Shown: in pieces, positions 11,911 through 25,658 of the stretch
How positions within the stretch are numbered: the first letter of the stretch is position 1
Layout: the number at the start of each line of letters is the position of its first letter
Source of the DNA: Oikopleura dioica
Taxonomy: Eukaryota > Animalia > Chordata
DNA: 64,000 nt
Direction of reading: 5' to 3'
NCBI GenBank assembly: GCA_907165135.1
Contig: OU015567.1
Location: 6,944,001 to 7,008,000 of the forward strand
Position numbers and translations under genes: made by a program
Notes under the pieces: generated by a model
Databases searched by the model: none
The model's input: only the letters and a program-made list of their open reading frames with translations
Told to the model about the DNA's origin: nothing

Positions 11911-12465
11911 TTGACGGATGAACAACGAATCGATATCATTAAAATCTTCGTGTTGCAGAAAACTTCGAAGGCGCAGCTCGGCAGAATGTACGGGGTCTCG
12001 GACGTTTCAATCCACAAAGTCATCAAGAACAAAGAAAAATGGATCGTCCGGGCGCTCAACAAGCTTCGTAACGACGACCCTGATAACGAAGACGAGCGGC
12101 AGCTGCTTGGAAGACTTTTGGAACAAGCGATGATCGAGCAAAATCAAGCTCGCTTGGAGCAAACCAAAGCGAGTCAGATTCAAGGGCCTAGCAACAATCC
12201 TCGATTATATCCGCAAGTTGCCGCCGGTCCCTCTCAACTAGCAATCGGAAGTGGGTCTCAAATTGTCCCTGGAAGAGTGGCAAGTGATCCATTGGATCCG
12301 AACAATCAGCGAACTTCTTTAAATTTGGACATGAGCTTCGCCAGGTCTCCCTATTTCGATCAACCAAGTGGCTTTGCTTCCACTGGACAGCGAATCGTTC
12401 AAGACGGATTTCCAGCTGGAGAGTTGCCTCCAACGATGAAAGTAGAAGTGCTCGAAGAAAATTGA
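11911..12465 (+). CDS. Alternative terminal module F: psq/CENP-B-type HTH
   Basis: Phase-0 acceptor TTTTCAG. LTDEQRIDIIKIFVLQKTSKAQLGRMYGVSDVSIHKVIKNKEKW. Stop at 12465 with AATAAA downstream. Confidence 0.68.
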   Translation: MTDEQRIDIIKIFVLQKTSKAQLGRMYGVSDVSIHKVIKNKEKWIVRALNKLRNDDPDNEDERQLLGRLLEQAMIEQNQARLEQTKASQIQGPSNNPRLYPQVAAGPSQLAIGSGSQIVPGRVASDPLDPNNQRTSLNLDMSFARSPYFDQPSGFASTGQRIVQDGFPAGELPPTMKVEVLEEN

Positions 12466-12638
12466 ATGATCACCAATCACCTTTAAACTATGCCGATTAA
12501 AACTGCCTTATTACATGTTTCAAAGTAAAAGATAAATAAAATTTTTCCGTCGAAGAGAATCTGTGTGTCTTTGTCGATGTTTATAAAGCGTGAAATTGAT
12601 ATTGGTAACTCTCAAACTGTAGCTTTTAGAAAAACGTT

Positions 12639-14394
12639 ATGAGTTCTTCCGACGAGTCATCTGATGAAGATAATTATATTTTGTTCAAAAATCGAGAAGG
12701 GACTGGTTATATTTTATCGCTGACTCGGAGAATCGCAAGTTTTATAATTCAATAAAGTCTTGTCAGAATTAAATTTTGTTGGATTATTCATTTTAAATAT
12801 TTGAACGGTTTACTTTCGTCGAAACTAACTACTTTCGGCTTTCATTTTCTATCGATTCTAGAGCTCAATTTGTTATTTTTGAAAACCTAAAAAAGAGTGG
12901 CGAGACATAACACCGCTAAACCCAGAGGACAATTTCGAACATGAAGTTGTCCGAATCGCCTATTCCGAAGACTTCAAGGATTGTTTCGACTATTTCCGAG
13001 CTATTTGCGAAAAGGAAGAATATTCGCAGCGCGCTTTAGAGCTCACCGAAGAATGCATCAAAAGAAATCACGCGAATTATTCGGTTTGGGAATATAGAAG
13101 GCGCATTTTGAAGAAACTTGGGAAGAAACTCGAGCCGGAGTATGAGTACACTCAAAAAATGCTCAAAAGACACATCAAAAACTTTCAAATTTGGCATCAT
13201 AGGTGAGCGAATATTGGGATTAATTTAATTATAGACAAAGAAGCCGCTTGCGGCTTCGAATAGGAGAGAAAGTGAGCCGCTTTTTTCATCTTGAAATATG
13301 ACTTTTTATGAATCAAAAGAAAACCAAGAAGCCGCGTGCGGCTTCGAGCTGGAAAAGACGAGAAAGCCGCTCAAAGCGCGGCTTAAGTTTTCTTCCACTC
13401 TAATCCGCGAGCGGCTTCTCGATTATAAGTTGATTCACAAAAAGTCGTGGTTTCTGTCGTTTGGAGAAGGAATTTTAAATCGCCCTAGAAGTCGGTTTGT
13501 TTTCGGAGATAACGAGCGTTGAAGGCGATATTTATACGATTTGACGGGTATAATCTTTCATTTTTGCGCTTTAGGCAGGTCCTCTGCGAATGGGCAAACG
13601 ATGGCTCGCGGGAGAAAGCGATGACGGAACTGATTTTCAAGCAGGATCAGAAGAACTACCACGCCTGGCAGCACCGACAGTGGGTTGTCAAACGCTTTGG
13701 GCTTTTTGAAGGAGAGATTGATTTTGCCAGAGAGTTGCTGGTAAAAGACGTGTACAACAACTCGGCGTGGAATCACTTGTACTTTTGTATTCAAAACTCG
13801 ACTGGCTGGAGCGAAGAAATCAGAAAGGTAAAGAAAATTTAAAAACTTCCGAGAAGGCTACTCCTAGAAGCTAAGAGTTCCATTCAGAGCGAACTTTCCT
13901 TTGTCCAAGAAAAGCTAGAAGTCGCTATTGACAATGAATGCGCGTGGAACTATCTGCGAGCCGTTCAAAACCACATTCTCACCGCTAATCCACGTAACTA
14001 TCTACACTTTTTCTGAAATAGAGACTCTTGTTCAGAGTTGGCGGACAAGTTTGTGAGCAAACTTGAAGTAATTGAGGACAGGGGAAATTCGCACAAGCAT
14101 TTGGCCGCGTACGTCGCCGATTATTTAGCAGAAAAGACGGAAAGGGATAGTGATAAAGAATCGGGAACCAAGGCGGTTCAAATTTATACAGTAAGTTAAA
14201 AAAAATAAATGTTCATTTACATTTTTCTTTTGCAATTTTTGACGTCCGTGACATTTTCCATGATGTCATAACTTTGCGTCATTTACGGAGATGAACTAAA
14301 GTAACCCTTCTTTTAGGAATTATCCTCCAATTTGGACCCTGTGAGGCGAAATTACTGGAACTATCTCTCCTCCTGCCTCTCCGCCAAAATTTGA
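12639..14394 (+). CDS. FNTA: Protein farnesyltransferase/geranylgeranyltransferase-I alpha subunit
   Basis: VVRIAYSEDFKDCFDYFRAI, SQRALELT, NYSVWEYRR, KNFQIWHHR, KNYHAWQHRQWVV, NNSAWN, NECAWNYLR, DPVRRNYW. Confidence 0.95.
13238..13425. repeat. GAAGCCGC-TT-GCGGCTTC hairpin repeat family (FNTA intron copy)
   Basis: The same hairpins recur at about 9525-9570, 32935, 41222-41272, 42665-42855 and 44418-44480, apparently all intronic or non-coding. Confidence 0.75.
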
Positions 14395-14621
14395 AAAACA
14401 TGTACCTTTCAATACTCAGAATAATAACTGATAATCAAAGTCTTAAATCTGCTGATGCAACTGAATGCATTAAGTTAATTACCGCTCTGCCCTGTGGGCT
14501 CTCGGACTTGCCTTGCTCTTTGCAATTATCGGTGGATGCGACGCTAGACAAAGTCGCTTATTAGAAATATCCTCGAAAAAGTCATTTTTGTCCACTCAAT
14601 TTTTATTGAGATCATAAATAG

Positions 14622-16624
<2,003 letters not shown>

Positions 16625-17078
16625 ATCAATTCAACCCAAAAAGCCAAGAAGTAGCAAAGTATTTAACAAAAAATTATGGGCCACCGCGCGGTGTGACTTT
16701 TACCTACTCGACAACCACTCTATCATAACCTGTCTTCTTTTCAAATGACTGACTTGTGCAATATATCAACTCGTTTATAAATTATAATGATCAATCTCGA
16801 CAGTTCATTCTTATTCGCAGCATTTCATACGAAATTCTTTTTTTTCATTAGTCAGAAAAAATTTCCAAGCATTTTCATCTCTAGCGATATTCTAGCGCTA
16901 TTTTCATTCAGGGATTTAGCCCCACTGTTAACAATTTAATCTGCAACTTGACTTGAAAGGATATCTCATTATTTTACTCACTAAATATATTTAATTCTTA
17001 TAACCAGAAATTTGCCATAACGAATTTGACCATGATTTTTATAATTAAGACTTATGCAAAGTTTGCTTATTCACGGTC

Positions 17079-18092
17079 ATGCGTTTCGACTTCAGTCAAA
17101 GTAAGCTTCATTTTCTGGGTTTTTGGACGAGATGGATGTGTTACTTGAGTTTTGGCATCATGCTTTCTTACAAGGAAATGATTTTCAATTGAAATTTGCA
17201 AATAAATTTTTCCAATCTTCAATCTTAAAAATTCATTTGTTGAATTCGAAAATAAAGTTGTCATCAGCGAGCAGCAGATTGAAATGGTCATTCATTTTCT
17301 CGCCGATTTGGATTCTCGATTTCTTGATGATTACAACTGCAATTGCGCATTTATCAGAAAACAAATGCGCGTATAAAAACGAAGCATCGAAGGATGTAAG
17401 TACTTTTTGTTTATTCGAAGATCTAAAGCAAATTCTTGTGGCTTGTTCTGCTGTGTTCCTCAGTTGATCGGGCGAGAAGATCTTGCATTCGCTCGAATTG
17501 GAAGACTTCCAGCTTGATTTGATTCTCCGTCGGTTTCGCCGAAGAAGTAGCTGTAATTGTCAACGCTAGAATTTTTGAAAATCTCATTTTTCTGTTCTAT
17601 TTTTGTTTGATTCCAGCCCTTTTTATGCAGAGTTTTTATGTAAGTGGCGCCATCTGGTGACTCGAGATAGCAATCAATCAACCCGCGGGTGACAAAAGCA
17701 GAACAAGCTCTGAGAAAAAATGCCAGGCCCAGCTGGTCCTCTCGGCATGTATCTAAACAAGAAATCGAGGCCACTTCCCATCCCTCCTCGATTTTCACGG
17801 TTTAGATCTGTCGGACGCTCTCGTCAAATCTCCTCAGAACTCAATTTCCCCCGTTTCCCACAGAATTTCCCACTTTCTCAGCTTCAATTTTCAGTTCGAA
17901 CTTGGAATCACGAACTTATCGAATGGAATATTCTCGAGCTTGTTTACCATCATGCTCTTTCTCAAATTAGAAGAACCCAGTTGGATCGAAAGGCCCTTGC
18001 CCAACTTGTGTATTTTCATCCCTCTTTGGTCCCTTCTACTTTTCAACATAGTCCTTTATTCTTCAAAGCAATACAAGCAAAGGGGCTTTTAA
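17079..18092 (+). CDS. TMEM185/TMEM60-family membrane protein
   Basis: N-terminal GIMLSYK-L...KWSFIFSPIWILD and C-terminal FTIMLFLKLE...IFIPLWSLL match the family's LxLxLD..W..F.P.W repeat. Middle exons unresolved. Confidence 0.55.
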
Positions 18093-18278
18093 ATCATTAC
18101 TGTATTGAGATTTATTTCAATTAAAAAACCCTCGAAAGTTTATCAAAACTGCCGCTGAAGCTCGAAAAGATACTTGAACTTTTCAACTGAAATTTGTATA
18201 AATATAAAAAACAACGAATCTTCAAAATCGAATCTTCAAAACAAGGAAATCCCGTTTTCAACCGAACCAAAATTGTAG

Positions 18279-18875
18279 AATGGAATCGGCCCCACCAGTA
18301 GCACCTCCTCCTCCACCGCCAGTTCCCAGTTTTACTCCTCAAATATCAATTCCTGTTAATGAAAGTGGCCTGAATAACGACCCGTCGAAAATAGCAAAAG
18401 GTAAGAGTTCAATAGTTTCATCTGTCGTATCTCTTTTTTCTAGCGGCGATTGAAGCGAGAGAAACAGGAATTTTGAACCTTTCAAATTGCGGCTTGAGAA
18501 AGTTTCCAATCGGCGTGATTAAACTTGCTGGACCAGAAGTGAAAAGAATTAATTTGTCTGGGAACCAGCTAGAATCGCTGCCGACTGATTTCAAGAAATA
18601 TTCAAAGCGTAAGTTCCATTTTTCAAAACTGATAAAGAGAAGGTTCAATAGTGGAGCATTTGAATTTGGAACGAAACTTGTTTTCGCGCTTTGCCGTAGC
18701 GATGGTGGAGCTACCCGATTTGAAAGTTATCAACCTGTCGAACAACTGCTTCGAAGAATTGTCAGCTGAGCATTTGGACAGATTCAGTGGAAATGCAATC
18801 GTCGATTTGAGAATCAACAATCTTACTGCAGAAGCGCAGGATTTGGCTTCAAACTACTCTTTTATACAGTTCTAG
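18279..18875 (+). CDS. Small leucine-rich-repeat protein, LRRC20-like
   Basis: LNLSNCGLRKFPIGV, INLSGNQLESLP, LNLERNLF, INLSNNCF. Proline-rich N-terminal exon. Start not located. Confidence 0.7.
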
Positions 18876-18999
18876 TCATTTTTTGTTGATTTCTGTTTGC
18901 CTACTTTTTATCAAACTGATTTTTTGTAAATATAATTTTCCTAATTCAGTGTTTTTGAGATTTCTTTATTTACGGAGCTCCAACATTGAATCTGTTAGA

Positions 19000-20706
19000 A
19001 TGAAACGGATTAAAGAGCTGTACGAGCTATTCGAAAAGAATGTAAATATACCAAAGAGGGAAGAGACACTAAACGCGATATCAAGTCATTCCAAAAGAGA
19101 CGAGCTTGCCAGACTTGTATTTGAAAGAGCTGATGGAAATGTTTTTGCCTTCGCTAAGAATCAGCTTCTTCCAGCAAATGATGCTGATGAATACGGCCCA
19201 TTTGATCATCTTCTCGAAGCGGGTCATTGTATGAGGATCCTCAAAATGATGGCTAAAGAAGATTATGTAATCAACTTGTTGAAGGACGATTTCCGGGCTG
19301 AACACGGTCGTGAGCCGAACAGCTTGTCGGATATTGCCAGAATTTTTGCCGAGCGAGAATATATCACGAAAGAATCATCCCTTGCAAAGCGGAGAGCTGT
19401 TTTTCAAACCGATGGGACAGCAAAAATTGGAAGTACTTGGATCATAACCCTTTTGGGTATTGAAGGTGTCGACGACGACGATGATAGATGGCAAGAATCC
19501 GTGTACGTTTATAAGATTTTACGAAAGGAAGGAATCAGTTTGGAGAAGGTGAATTTTCATAGATCGTCCCTGGATATCAATATCTGGTACTTTGACGAAA
19601 CGTTTCTCTTTGAGCCGTTTCTCATTATGTTGAATTCTGAAGAGAACACATATTATGTTTTAAATTTACTTGAACCAAGTGAGCCGCCAAGGGCCATAAG
19701 AATGGGAGGCCGACCATGGTTTATGTTGCAGAAAGATGACATCGGTCAATATCGATACGACAGTGATGTCCGTCTTAATGGCGAGCTTCGAGAAGCTGTC
19801 CTCTTCCCGCTCATCTACGTTCAAGATGATAACAGCTTTTGTATCGAATGTGCTCAAATCAGTTCATCATCGATCGAAATTCTTTGGAAAGAAACCATTA
19901 TTGTACCTGAAATGTGCTTTGAAAAAAGGCTTTACCTGTTGGACAATGATAACTTGATCCTTCATATCATCTTAGAAGTTAACGAAGACCATGGAACCGC
20001 CAATGGATTACTTGCTTTTCATATCATTCTTTCGAGAAGAAAAATAATTCGCTACGATTTTCCGCAGATATCGGGGTATGTTGACTTTGGAATTATCAAG
20101 GAGCGCCTCGCAGTGATGATTTGGAATCCCAACAATTGGGAAGACAGCGATGACGACGACAGTGATATAGAATTCAGCGACGCAGAAAACAAAGATGCAG
20201 ACGATAGCGATGGAGACGATAGCGATGGAGACGACAGCGACGAAGACAATGACAAGAACGAGAATGGCGATCCTGGCTTCACCACCTTTTGTTGGTTGTC
20301 AGAAGAGAAAGATTTCGAAATTGTTTGTTTCTTCGAGCTTTTATTCAAGCAGGATATTAGCATACATGGAGGGATGATAGTACAAGACAACCTGCTGAAC
20401 AAAACGCGCAAAAAATTTTGCACAAAACGCCTGATTAATCAACTGGGCGAACTAAAAATGGATCAGACCCCCGAACCTTTTTCGACCAAAAAAATAAATG
20501 GTGTCGCAGTTAGAAGACCCTTTGTTCAGTTAGGTAATATCTATGAGATTTTGTCCACAATTAACGTCAATTTAGAAAGGCTTTTCTCACGAGAATGTTC
20601 AATAAAGAGGGCGAAGAAAGAAATTTGCGTGAAAGATCGGTCAAAAATAGGATGCGTTACCTATCAACCAAGAAAAGAAGCATTCTCCATCGAAATATTC
20701 ATCTAG
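19000..20706 (+). CDS. Intronless hypothetical protein (about 570 aa) with Asp-rich insert
   Basis: Uninterrupted ORF. Likely ATG at 19000 after a TTAG acceptor. DSDGDD repeats near 20150-20260. No family recognised. Confidence 0.7.
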   Translation: MKRIKELYELFEKNVNIPKREETLNAISSHSKRDELARLVFERADGNVFAFAKNQLLPANDADEYGPFDHLLEAGHCMRILKMMAKEDYVINLLKDDFRAEHGREPNSLSDIARIFAEREYITKESSLAKRRAVFQTDGTAKIGSTWIITLLGIEGVDDDDDRWQESVYVYKILRKEGISLEKVNFHRSSLDINIWYFDETFLFEPFLIMLNSEENTYYVLNLLEPSEPPRAIRMGGRPWFMLQKDDIGQYRYDSDVRLNGELREAVLFPLIYVQDDNSFCIECAQISSSSIEILWKETIIVPEMCFEKRLYLLDNDNLILHIILEVNEDHGTANGLLAFHIILSRRKIIRYDFPQISGYVDFGIIKERLAVMIWNPNNWEDSDDDDSDIEFSDAENKDADDSDGDDSDGDDSDEDNDKNENGDPGFTTFCWLSEEKDFEIVCFFELLFKQDISIHGGMIVQDNLLNKTRKKFCTKRLINQLGELKMDQTPEPFSTKKINGVAVRRPFVQLGNIYEILSTINVNLERLFSRECSIKRAKKEICVKDRSKIGCVTYQPRKEAFSIEIFI

Positions 20707-20975
20707 GAAGGTTTTAACCAATGACGTCTTCAGGTTTATCAATTTGTTTGTAGTTTTACTGCGCAGAAATTACCGCGATTTTCATCCGATCGACGAATTT
20801 TAATTTTCTTATAAAATCTTATGTACATTCACCGGCAAGTTATTATCGCTCTTCATTTTTTTATATTGCTCTGAATCGGACTCATTTTTTTACTGTACAT
20901 TGAACTGCTCTGTAGTGTTTCACTGCCCACATAAAATATTACCTCTACAATTGATTACTTATTTTTCGTTAGATC

Positions 20976-23900
20976 ATGGCTCGATCTGTAGACGCGTACG
21001 CAGAGTACGAAAGAATCGTCGGCGGTGACGACAAAGGAAAGACAGTGTTTTTTTTAAATTGCACAAAATCTGGGGAGTCCTTTATCTCCGAGCAGGATCG
21101 CCGTAGAAAGTCCCCAAAGGGCTTAAAATCTAGCTCAGGGTCTAATCTAGTGCGTAAGGGGGTTTATAAATTCTAGAGCCCACGTGATATTACGTAATAT
21201 TACGTAATATAGGAAATATCATGATTTTTTCCAGTAAGTAAGGTTACAGATATCAAAAAGTATACCTATCGACGTCATTTTTCATCCACTTTCTCGACTG
21301 AGGTCACTTGAGGTCACGTGACCCCAAATGACCTCGATATAAATAAAAAACTTCCTAATAATGAGTGATATATATTTTTGAATAATTTTGAAAGATGATT
21401 GACATTCACACTTGAAAGAGGTCATTTGGGGTCACATGACCTCAGGTGACCCCAAGTTTTTTTTTTAAACGAAACATTATGAGTCATACATCATTTTAAA
21501 GCCCTTTTAAAGCCGTTTCAGCCCCGTCCCTTGATTTTTAAATTTAAGGGGCTTGACGGCCCTTCGGGCCGTTTCAGCCCCGTCCCTTGATTTTTAAATT
21601 TAAGGGGCTTGACGGCCCTTCGGGCCGTTTCAGCCCCGTCCCTTGATTTTTAAATTTAAGGGGCTTGACGGCCCTTCGGGCCGTTTCAGCCCCGTCCCTT
21701 GATTTTTAAATTTAAGGGGCTTGACGGCCCTTCGGGCCGTTTCAGCCCCGTCCCTTGATTTTTAAATTTAAGGGGCTTGACGGCCCTTCGGGCCGTTTCA
21801 GCCCCGTCCCTTGATTTTAAATTTAAGGGCTTGACGGCCCTTCGGGCCGTTTCAGCCCCGTCCCTTGATTTTAAATTTAAGGGGCTTGACGGCCCTTCGG
21901 GCCGTTTCAGCCCCGTCCCTTGATTTTTAAATTTAAGGGGCTTGACGGCCCTTCGGGCCGTTTCAGCCCCGTCCCTTGATTTTAAATTTAAGGGGCTTGA
22001 CGGCCCTTCGGGCCGTTTCAGCCCCGTCCCTTGATTTTTAAATTTAAGGGGCTTGACGGCCCTTCGGGCCGTTTCAGCCCCGTCCCTTGATTTTAAATTT
22101 AAGGGGCTTGACGGCCCTTCGGGCCGTTTCAGCCCCGTCCCTTGATTTTAAATTTAAGGGGCTTGACGGCCCTTCGGGCCGTTTCAGCCCCGTCCCTTGA
22201 TTTTTAAATTTAAGGGGCTTGACGGCCCTTCGGGCCGTTTCAGCCCCGTCCCTTGATTTTTAAATTTAAGGGGCTTGACGGCCCTTCGGGCCGTTTCAGC
22301 CCCGTCCCTTGATTTTTAAATTTAAGGGGCTTGACGGCCCTTCGGGCCGTTTCAGCCCCGTCCCTTGATTTTTAAATTTAAGGGGCTTGACGGCCCTTCG
22401 GGCCGTTTCAGCCCCGTCCCTTGATTTTTAAATTTAAGGGGCTTGACGGCCCTTCGGGCCGTTTCAGCCCCGTCCCTTGATTTTAAATTTAAGGGGCTTG
22501 ACGGCCCTTCGGGCCGTTTCAGCCCCGTCCCTTGATTTTTAAATTTAAGGGGCTTGACGGCCCTTCGGGCCGTTTCAGCCCCGTCCCTTGATTTTTAAAT
22601 TTAAGGGGCTTGACGGCCCTTCGGGCCGTTTCAGCCCCGTCCCTTGATTTTAAATTTAAGGGGCTTGACGGCCCTTCGGGCCGTTTCAGCCCCGTCCCTT
22701 GATTTTTAAATTTAAGGGGCTTGACGGCCCTTCGGGCCGTTTCAGCCCCGTCCCTTGATTTTTAAATTTAAGGGGCTTGACGGCCCTTCGGGCCGTTTCA
22801 GCCCCGTCCCTTGATTTTTAAATTTAAGGGCTTGACGGCCCTTCGGGCCGTTTCAGCCCCGTCCCTTGATTTTAAATTTAAGGGGCTTGACGGCCCTTCG
22901 GGCCGTTTCAGCCCCGTCCCTTGATTTTAAATTTAAGGGGCTTGACGGCCCTTCGGGCCGTTTCAGCCCCGTCCCTTGATTTTTAAATTTAAGGGGCTTG
23001 ACGGCCCTTCGGGCCGTTTCAGCCCCGTCCCTTGATTTTTAAATTTAAGGGGCTTGACGGCCCTTCGGGCCGTTTCAGCCCCGTCCCTTGATTTTAAATT
23101 TAAGGGGCTTGACGGCCCTTCGGGCCGTTTCAGCCCCGTCCCTTGATTTTAAATTTAAGGGGCTTGACGGCCCTTCGGGCCGTTTCAGCCCCGTCCCTTG
23201 ATTTTTAAATTTAAGGGGCTTGACGGCCCTTCGGGCCGTTTCAGCCCCGTCCCTTGATTTTTAAATTTAAGGGGCTTGACGGCCCTTCGGGCCGTTTCAG
23301 CCCCGTCCCTTGATTTTTAAATTTAAGGGGCTTGACAAAGGCTGGGAAGCCTGAGTTGATCATTCTCAGTTGCGTCCCCAACCCCACCCACCTCCATCTG
23401 ATGTTAAAATTTATTTAGACCTCATTTTTAGTTTTCTTATGGTTTTTATTAAATTTTTTAAGTAAAGTTTACAGTCGTCAAATACGTGTATTCTTCCCTC
23501 ATTCTTTCTTCCAGTGAGGTTTCCCACAGAGTCCTCCGGGTCCTCCGCACCAATTTTAGAGAAGGTGAACTTCGAGCGTCGATTACGCAATGATTTAGTA
23601 ATTTCTAGAGCTAGGCAAACCCCTTACGCACTAGATTAGACCCTTAGCTACATTTTCCACCCTTTGGCATTTCTGTAGCATTACTGTAGCGTGAGAATAA
23701 GCGCTCCCCAAGAAGCCCGTTTTTTGTGCAATTTAAAAAAAACACTGTCAAAGCTCTTCTCAGATGCAGAATTCGACGCTTATAAAAAACGTGTTACGCC
23801 GCTGCGCATCAACAATCGGATGTTCGTTTCGTGGCAAAATGAAAATGGGATGGATTGCAAACTCATCGGTCCAGAGACCAAATGCCTCTGTCAGTGCCGG

Positions 23901-24454
23901 TACAAACGACACCAGACGGATGTGACGGAGATAAATGAAAAGACGAAGAAGATTCCTTGCGCCGAGTATGTTCAGATTTTCGGAATTCATTTTCATTCAC
24001 TTTATAGCTGCGGGTGTAAAGGATTTACATATGTCCCGGCAAATGGTCCCCGACAGCTCCGATGCGGGCGATGCAAGTGCGAAGCAAGTGTTCATAACGC
24101 GAAAGTGACGCCTTTTAAGTGCCTAAAGGTGTTTTGGAAATATACAATTATTCAATTATGTAATATATTTTTGAATATAAATATGTTAAAAATGAATTCT
24201 AGTGCTCGAAATGCCCTGGTTTCATGACTGCTGCTCGTTGCTCTTGCGGAAAACTCGCGCCAGCTCACCGTTTGGTTGTGGAATCGAAAGAAGAACGCGC
24301 TGCTGCAGGAAAACCGATCGGAATTGATTGCATTTACAAAGCGATGGGTGGAATCACCGGCTTCTCAAGTCTTCTCGACGGAGCGCAGAGGCTTGATCCA
24401 AGTGGACTTGGCGACTTTCCTTCGATAGCCGCTGCATATAAAGCTCTAGAGTAG
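20976..24454 (+). CDS. FAM221A: FAM221A-like protein
   Basis: VDAYAEYERIVGGDD / LFSDAEFDAYKKRVTPLRINNRMFVSW..GMDCKLIGPETKCLC, ESKEERAAAGKPIG..YKAMGGITGFSSL. Intron 1 is 21045-23753. Confidence 0.9.
21101..23676. mobile_element. Non-autonomous TIR/foldback element inside FAM221A intron 1
   Basis: Left AAAATCTAGCTCAGGGTCTAATCTAGTGCGTAAGGGGGTTT (21125-21165) is the near reverse complement of 23617-23656. There is an internal inverted pair GAGGTCA(C)GTGACCCCAAATGACCTC at about 21310 and about 21418. No transposase. Confidence 0.7.
21512..23336. repeat. 56-bp tandem repeat, about 32-33 copies, self-complementary unit
   Basis: Unit GCCGTTTCAGCCCCGTCCCTTGATTTTTAAATTTAAGGGGCTTGACGGCCCTTCGG. Copies differ only in T4/T5 and G3/G4 homopolymers. 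No spacers. Confidence 0.98.
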
Positions 24455-24660
24455 CCTCTATGCAAGATTTATCTTCATCAAACGTCGAACTTCCAAGAAA
24501 AACATTGTTCAACATCGGCTAACCGCAGCCCTAATTCTTCTTTAATTCCTGGCCCAGCATTCTTCTTCTGACTGAAATCATTCTAATCTTATATTTTCGA
24601 AATTTAAAAGATATTTATTTTTTTAATTGATCAGAATTCATCACTTTTTCTTTTCAAGAA

Positions 24661-25407
24661 ATGGCAAATAGACGGTCAAGATATTTCGGAATCGTGCAAG
24701 TTCTTCTTTGGTACTTTATTCATTTCGCAGTCAGCTCTATCTCCTGGTTCTTCAAAATTGTGCGAAGATTGAATCCTTTCAAGACAAAACTATCGGTGAG
24801 TTTTTAATCTTGATTCTTGACGAGCAAAATTTTTAAGAATAAATTTCATCATGCCCCAGAACACATCGCACTCGTTGCTTACAAAAACAGTCTGATAGAC
24901 TCATCACAAATGAAATCTGTTGCTTTGGAACTCCTTCAGCGTGGATGCAAAAAGATATCGATTTGGGATCCAGATCGTCGAATGGAAAAGTAACTCGCTT
25001 TTTTGTCCTAATTTTTACTGAAATTCTAGGTCGAAAATTGACTGGTCAGAGCTTCATTGCAGACTGCTAACGCCGAAGAATGGTGGAAGCACAGTCTCAG
25101 AAAGTATAAAAAGGATGAAGGCCAGCAGTGTCTCGGTGAAGGAAGTAAACTTGGAATTGCTCGACCATTTTATTGGTCCGAACGGGGAGGAACCACACCT
25201 CTTGCTGAGTTGTGGAGCGACGGATCTTGTCTCTACTCAGGGTTATCCTCCATGGGTAAGCTTCATCTTCCCTTTTTTATTTCTACAAGAGGGCTTTAGG
25301 CGTTGAGATTGACGACGATTTACCCCCTTCCATCGCCGTATTCGAAGTCTCAAATCAACGAAGTGCTCGCAAGATACTCTACCGTTACGCAACGCTTTGG
25401 AAAATAG
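24661..25407 (+). CDS. NUS1: cis-prenyltransferase complex subunit NUS1/NgBR
   Basis: N-terminal TM, PEHIALV, EPHLLLSCG..VSTQGYPPW, and C-terminal YSTVTQRFGK* (RxG motif). Confidence 0.8.
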
Positions 25408-25658
25408 TCTTTCCATTTCCTTTTAAATTCAAGCTTCACGCTGCTTTTTTTGAGATTACTTCATTACCGGCCTTTCTGGGTGCAATTAGCAAAATCCTTC
25501 TGTATAATTTTCTTCCATGATTGCACCACTTGCTGGCCTACTCTCTAAGTCTGCCTTTTTTATTCGAACTGGAAGAAATATTCTCAAGCTTCATTCTTAT
25601 GCAATTAGATAAATAAATAATTAAACATTGAATAAATCTTTCCTTTTTCTTTCAAAGA

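Noticed and set aside
21512-23336. CRISPR array
   Set aside because: Units are contiguous and near-identical with no unique spacers. There are no cas genes, and the context is a eukaryotic intron.
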